Source: Clostridia bacterium
Lineage (GTDB): Bacteria; Bacillota; Clostridia; RGIG6154
Assembly: GCA_045589295.1 (NCBI GenBank)
Contig: JAZNOU010000012.1
Location: 128,001-192,000, forward strand
Reading direction: 5' to 3'
DNA: 64,000 nt
Part shown: piece by piece, positions 60,820 to 64,000 of the stretch
How the letters are laid out: each line of letters begins with the position of its first letter
How positions within the stretch are numbered: the stretch's first letter is position 1
Program-made: the position numbers and the translations under genes
Notes under the pieces: generated by a model
The model's database searches: none
What the model saw: only the letters and a program-made list of their open reading frames with translations
What the model was told of the DNA's origin: nothing

Positions 60820-62121
60820 ATGGGAAAAAGTTTTGCAAAGCTTTTGGTTGCAGTACTCTTGATTGCAGTTATTATTTATCTTGCATTCTTTGATGTTACA
60901 ATCGGAAGTTTCAAAAAACCGGGCGTTTTCAGTGATGAAAGTGGTGTTGGCTCGGTTATTAAAGGTTTGGATTTAACAGGTGGTTCTGTTCTTACATTTG
61001 AGGCACAGGCAGACTCTGTTACAACAGAACAAATGTCAACTGTTATCAATATTATGAGAACACGTCTTGACAGCCTTGGTTATACAGAGGCTACAGTTAG
61101 AAGTCAGGGCGACAAGAAATTTGTTGTTGAAATGCCGGCTATTACAAATCCGGATCAGGCAGAAGCTCTCTTAGGAAGAACAGCGCAGCTTAGATTTGTT
61201 GATGCTGATGGAAATGAAGTTTTGAGCGGAACAGATGTTAAAAAAGCTGTAAAATCATATGGACAGCTTTCACAGACAGCTGCTGCTGAAAACTATGTTG
61301 AACTTCAGCTTAATGATGAGGCTATTGCAAAGTTTGCTGCAGCAACAAAAGCAGCGGCTAACGCACAGCCTGATGAAAACGGAAATGCTAAAAACTTTAT
61401 AGCTATTATGCTTGATGAGGAAGTAGTTTCTGCTCCTTCAGTTAGTGCTGAATATGCAGCAGAAGGTATTAATTCAGATACTGCTATTATTTCAGGTGGT
61501 TTCACTGCGCAAGGCGCAGAAGAGCTTGCAAGCATCATTAATGCAGGTCAGCTCCCGTTTGCCTTAAAGACAGTTTCTAAGTCATCTGTTGGTGCAACAC
61601 TTGGTGAAAGAGCTTTAGAATCAAGCCTTTTTGGTGCATTAATCGGTCTTATCATCATTTTGGCGTTTATGCTCATTATCTATAGAGCAATGGGATTAGC
61701 TGCTGATATTGCGCTTGCTTGCTACATCGGTATCTTAATGCTTATCATGGGACTTTTAAGAGTTAACTTAACACTTCCTGGTATTGCAGGTATCATTCTT
61801 TCGATCGGTATGGCAGTTGATGCTAATGTTATCATCTTTGAAAGAGTTAAAGAAGAATTAAAATCAGGCAAAACAACAAAGGCTGCGGTTGCAGCAGGTT
61901 TTAAAAGAGCGTTTGCCGCAATCGTTGACTCAAACATTACAACTCTTATCGCTGCAGTTGTACTTTATGTAGTTGGCGCGGGTCTTATCAAAGGTTTTGC
62001 TATCACATTGGGATTAGGTATTATTGTAAGTATGTTTACTGCAATTTTTGTAACTAAGTTCTTGCTTAAACAGGTTGTTGAGCTTTTTGGCAAGAATCCT
62101 AAGTTGTACTGCGGAAGATAA
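60820..62121 (+). CDS. secD: Protein translocase subunit SecD
   Basis: GLDLTGG, VGATLG, LTLPGIAG, GMAVDANVIIFER, DSNITT. Confidence 0.95.
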   Translation: MGKSFAKLLVAVLLIAVIIYLAFFDVTIGSFKKPGVFSDESGVGSVIKGLDLTGGSVLTFEAQADSVTTEQMSTVINIMRTRLDSLGYTEATVRSQGDKKFVVEMPAITNPDQAEALLGRTAQLRFVDADGNEVLSGTDVKKAVKSYGQLSQTAAAENYVELQLNDEAIAKFAAATKAAANAQPDENGNAKNFIAIMLDEEVVSAPSVSAEYAAEGINSDTAIISGGFTAQGAEELASIINAGQLPFALKTVSKSSVGATLGERALESSLFGALIGLIIILAFMLIIYRAMGLAADIALACYIGILMLIMGLLRVNLTLPGIAGIILSIGMAVDANVIIFERVKEELKSGKTTKAAVAAGFKRAFAAIVDSNITTLIAAVVLYVVGAGLIKGFAITLGLGIIVSMFTAIFVTKFLLKQVVELFGKNPKLYCGR

Positions 62122-62134
62122 GGGGGGCTGAAAA

Positions 62135-63022
62135 ATGTTTAATATTGTAAAAAATAAAAAGATTTTCTATATCGTTTCAGCAGTTATTATCCTCGCAGGT
62201 ATTGTTTCAATGCTTACACAGGGCTTTAAAATGGACATTGATTTTGCTGGCGGTATTGAATGTACAGTAAATGTAGGCGCTGAAGTAGACAGTGCTAAAT
62301 TAAGTGAAATTGCAAGTATTGTAAAAGAAGCAACAGGTTCTAATGCAACTGTTATTAAAACAGGTGTAAATGGTACAGAAGCACTCATTAAAATTTCTGA
62401 TGAGCTTACAACAGAAAAAGAACTTTCTATGAAAGCTGCACTTAAAGAAAAGCTTGGCATCGAGGATAATGCAATTACAAACTTTGAGGTTGTTTCACCT
62501 ACAGTAGGAAAAGAAATGCAGACTTCTGCTTTGTTGGCGGTTATTATCGCAGTAGCTTTGATGCTTGTTTACATTTCTGTAAGATTTGAATTTTTGTCAG
62601 GTTGTGCTGCAGTATGTGCACTTATCCATGACGTTTTGATTATGCTTTCATTCTACTCAATTTTTGGAATTGCAATCAATACAACATTTATTGCTGCAAT
62701 TCTTACAATTTTGGGTTACTCAATCAACGCAACTATCGTTCTTTTCGACAGAGTAAGAGAAAATCAGAAACTTACAAGAAAAGAAACATTTTCAAACATC
62801 GTAAATACAAGTGTGTGGCAGACAATGTTTCGTTCATTAAATACTTCAATCACAACACTTGCAACAATTATTGTATTGTTCTTTGTTGGTGTTGATTCAA
62901 TCAAAGAATTTGCACTTCCTATTACAGTTGGCGTTGTTGCAGGCTTTTACTCATCAGTATTCCTTTCAGGTAACATCTGGGTTGAGTTTAAAAAACTTGC
63001 TAAGCACAAAAATGTTGCATAA
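62135..63022 (+). CDS. secF: Protein translocase subunit SecF
   Basis: IDFAGG, VSPTVG, YISVRFE, HDV, GYSINATIVLFDRVREN. Confidence 0.95.
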   Translation: MFNIVKNKKIFYIVSAVIILAGIVSMLTQGFKMDIDFAGGIECTVNVGAEVDSAKLSEIASIVKEATGSNATVIKTGVNGTEALIKISDELTTEKELSMKAALKEKLGIEDNAITNFEVVSPTVGKEMQTSALLAVIIAVALMLVYISVRFEFLSGCAAVCALIHDVLIMLSFYSIFGIAINTTFIAAILTILGYSINATIVLFDRVRENQKLTRKETFSNIVNTSVWQTMFRSLNTSITTLATIIVLFFVGVDSIKEFALPITVGVVAGFYSSVFLSGNIWVEFKKLAKHKNVA

Positions 63023-63039
63023 AATATTAGTTTAAATTA

Positions 63040-63074
63040 TAGCTTCCCGACTTAAATAGTCGGGAAGCTTTGTT
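63040..63074 (+). terminator. Terminator after secF
   Basis: agcttcccgact ... agtcgggaagct followed by ttgtt. Confidence 0.8.
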
Positions 63075-63132
63075 ATATATTTTTTGTTTTTGCACGGTTT
63101 GGGTCAATAATGTATAAATATTCATAAATCAG

Positions 63133-63161
63133 TTTACTTTTTTGAATAATTGTGGTATACT
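63133..63161 (+). promoter_or_regulatory. Sigma-A promoter for the OLE RNA
   Basis: TTTACT-17 nt-TATACT with TG extension, ending just before the RNA's closing stem. Confidence 0.7.
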
Positions 63162-63175
63162 ATTGTTGTAAAATT

Positions 63176-63779
63176 GGGTGGTGCAGTATTCTAGTCAGAT
63201 TTTTTCATTCCCAGGACGGGCCTAAAAATCCGTTGAAGGGCACATCGATGAAGTTTCTGGTGCGGGCTTTCGACGCCCAGTCGAGGGTTTGTGCTGGGAG
63301 TTAAGGATTAAGGGCGGTCGGCAATGGCATGCAGAATTCGACCCTTCTTCCGTGGAGACCTATACTTGTGCCGTATTGGCCGACTAGTCTGTGAAGACTC
63401 GGCTGAAAAGGTACGACTTAGGATTAAACCTGCGTTGCGGTCTTTTTTGGCTGTGCGCAGAGTAGCCTGCCTTGAGCGGTTGTGGTGGATTGCAAGATCA
63501 GGTTTTGTCTGGTTGGCCGACCGGACAAAACTATTGCTTCATGAAACCACATTTGCAAAAGAGGCTAAGATTGATTAAATCTGTCGAGGAAATCTCCTAG
63601 ACTGTTGGAAACAGATACGCAAAGGATTGAAGTGCGGACTAAGTGGCAATCGGGTACAAAGTTGAGCGATCGCTTTGGTCTTCTTTTAAAGGGAAACCGC
63701 TTACATCGGCGACGAGTGAGCAAGAAGGCGGGAAAGCCAACCCGACCTAAGCCGTAAATTTTACTTTGTGTATTACCCC
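63176..63779 (+). ncRNA. ole: OLE RNA (ornate, large, extremophilic RNA)
   Basis: Ordered blocks recalled from OLE: ggtgcagtattctagtcag, gggcacatcgatgaagt, gtgctgggagttaa, gcaatggcatgc, taaacctgc, gtagcctgccttgag, ttgcaaaagaggctaag, ctcctagactgtt, gtgcggactaagtggcaat, taaagggaaaccgc, gggaaagcc, gccgtaa. 5' GGGTGGTGCA pairs with 3' TGTATTACCC; ~600 nt; GC-richer than flanks. Confidence 0.92.
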
Positions 63780-63811
63780 TTAAATTTACATTTATTTGGG
63801 AGAAATGATAA

Positions 63812-64000
63812 TTGAAAAAGAAAATTAGATTTAAACCGGGAAAGAAACAAATAAGCATAAAATATATTTTTGTGATTTCTTTAATAACTCTTGCTATTGC
63901 CGTTTTAATGAAAGCAATAAGCGATGCTATTTTGGAAAATATTGTATTAACATACAGCTATTTTATTCTGCTGGGAATAATTTTAATTGGTATTATATTT
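63812..64000 (+). CDS. oapA: OLE-associated membrane protein OapA (3'-truncated by window edge)
   Basis: TTG start; MKKKIRFKPGKKQISIKYIFVISLITLAIAVLMKAISDAILENIVLTYSYFILLGIILIGIIF; two TM helices; directly downstream of OLE, where oapA is normally found. Confidence 0.72.
   Translation, partial: MKKKIRFKPGKKQISIKYIFVISLITLAIAVLMKAISDAILENIVLTYSYFILLGIILIGIIF

Noticed and set aside
63176-63779. RNase P RNA, tmRNA, rRNA fragment or self-splicing intron as alternative identity
   Set aside because: No tmRNA ends or tag, no RNase P P4 motifs, no group II intron boundaries; the ordered blocks and downstream TM gene fit OLE
63324-63858. Track ORFs 63324..63578 (+) and 63565..63858 (-)
   Set aside because: They lie within or across the OLE RNA, have atypical composition and no convincing RBS
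1-64000. CRISPR arrays, tRNA/rRNA genes, IS elements, prophage
   Set aside because: No regularly spaced repeats, cloverleafs, transposases, integrases or phage genes recognised by eye

Overview
Low-GC, Clostridia-like (probably spore-forming) chromosomal segment; the taxonomy is inferred from gene content and promoter motifs. Most of it is housekeeping: trxB, eda-kdgK, yebC-trmL-whiA-dnaE-ftsZ, rplU-rpmA-obgE-nadD-yqeK-rsfS-leuS, dnaG-rpoD, folD, glgCD, a reduced dcw cluster, an FMN riboswitch with ribU, and secDF. Two regions stand out. (1) A ~16 kb apparent operon (44.9-60.7 kb) encodes a PqqD/RRE protein, an S26-type peptidase, an ABC exporter, a 53-aa precursor-like peptide missing from the ORF track (YxxPxL leader motif, C-terminal Ser), an HPr-kinase-like protein, an orphan Wzz/CpsC protein and three SLH surface proteins, one of ~2400 aa. 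It resembles a phosphorylated lasso-peptide cluster that lacks the cyclase and is joined to a cell-surface locus. (2) A ~610-nt OLE RNA gene (63.17-63.79 kb) with its own promoter lies directly after secDF and is followed by the start of a probable oapA. Smaller oddities are an L27 with no N-terminal extension and no prp gene, an uncalled 41-aa membrane peptide before an SdpI-like gene, and a ~135-bp nested palindrome before ygiQ-folD. All family assignments come from motif recognition by eye; no searches were run.
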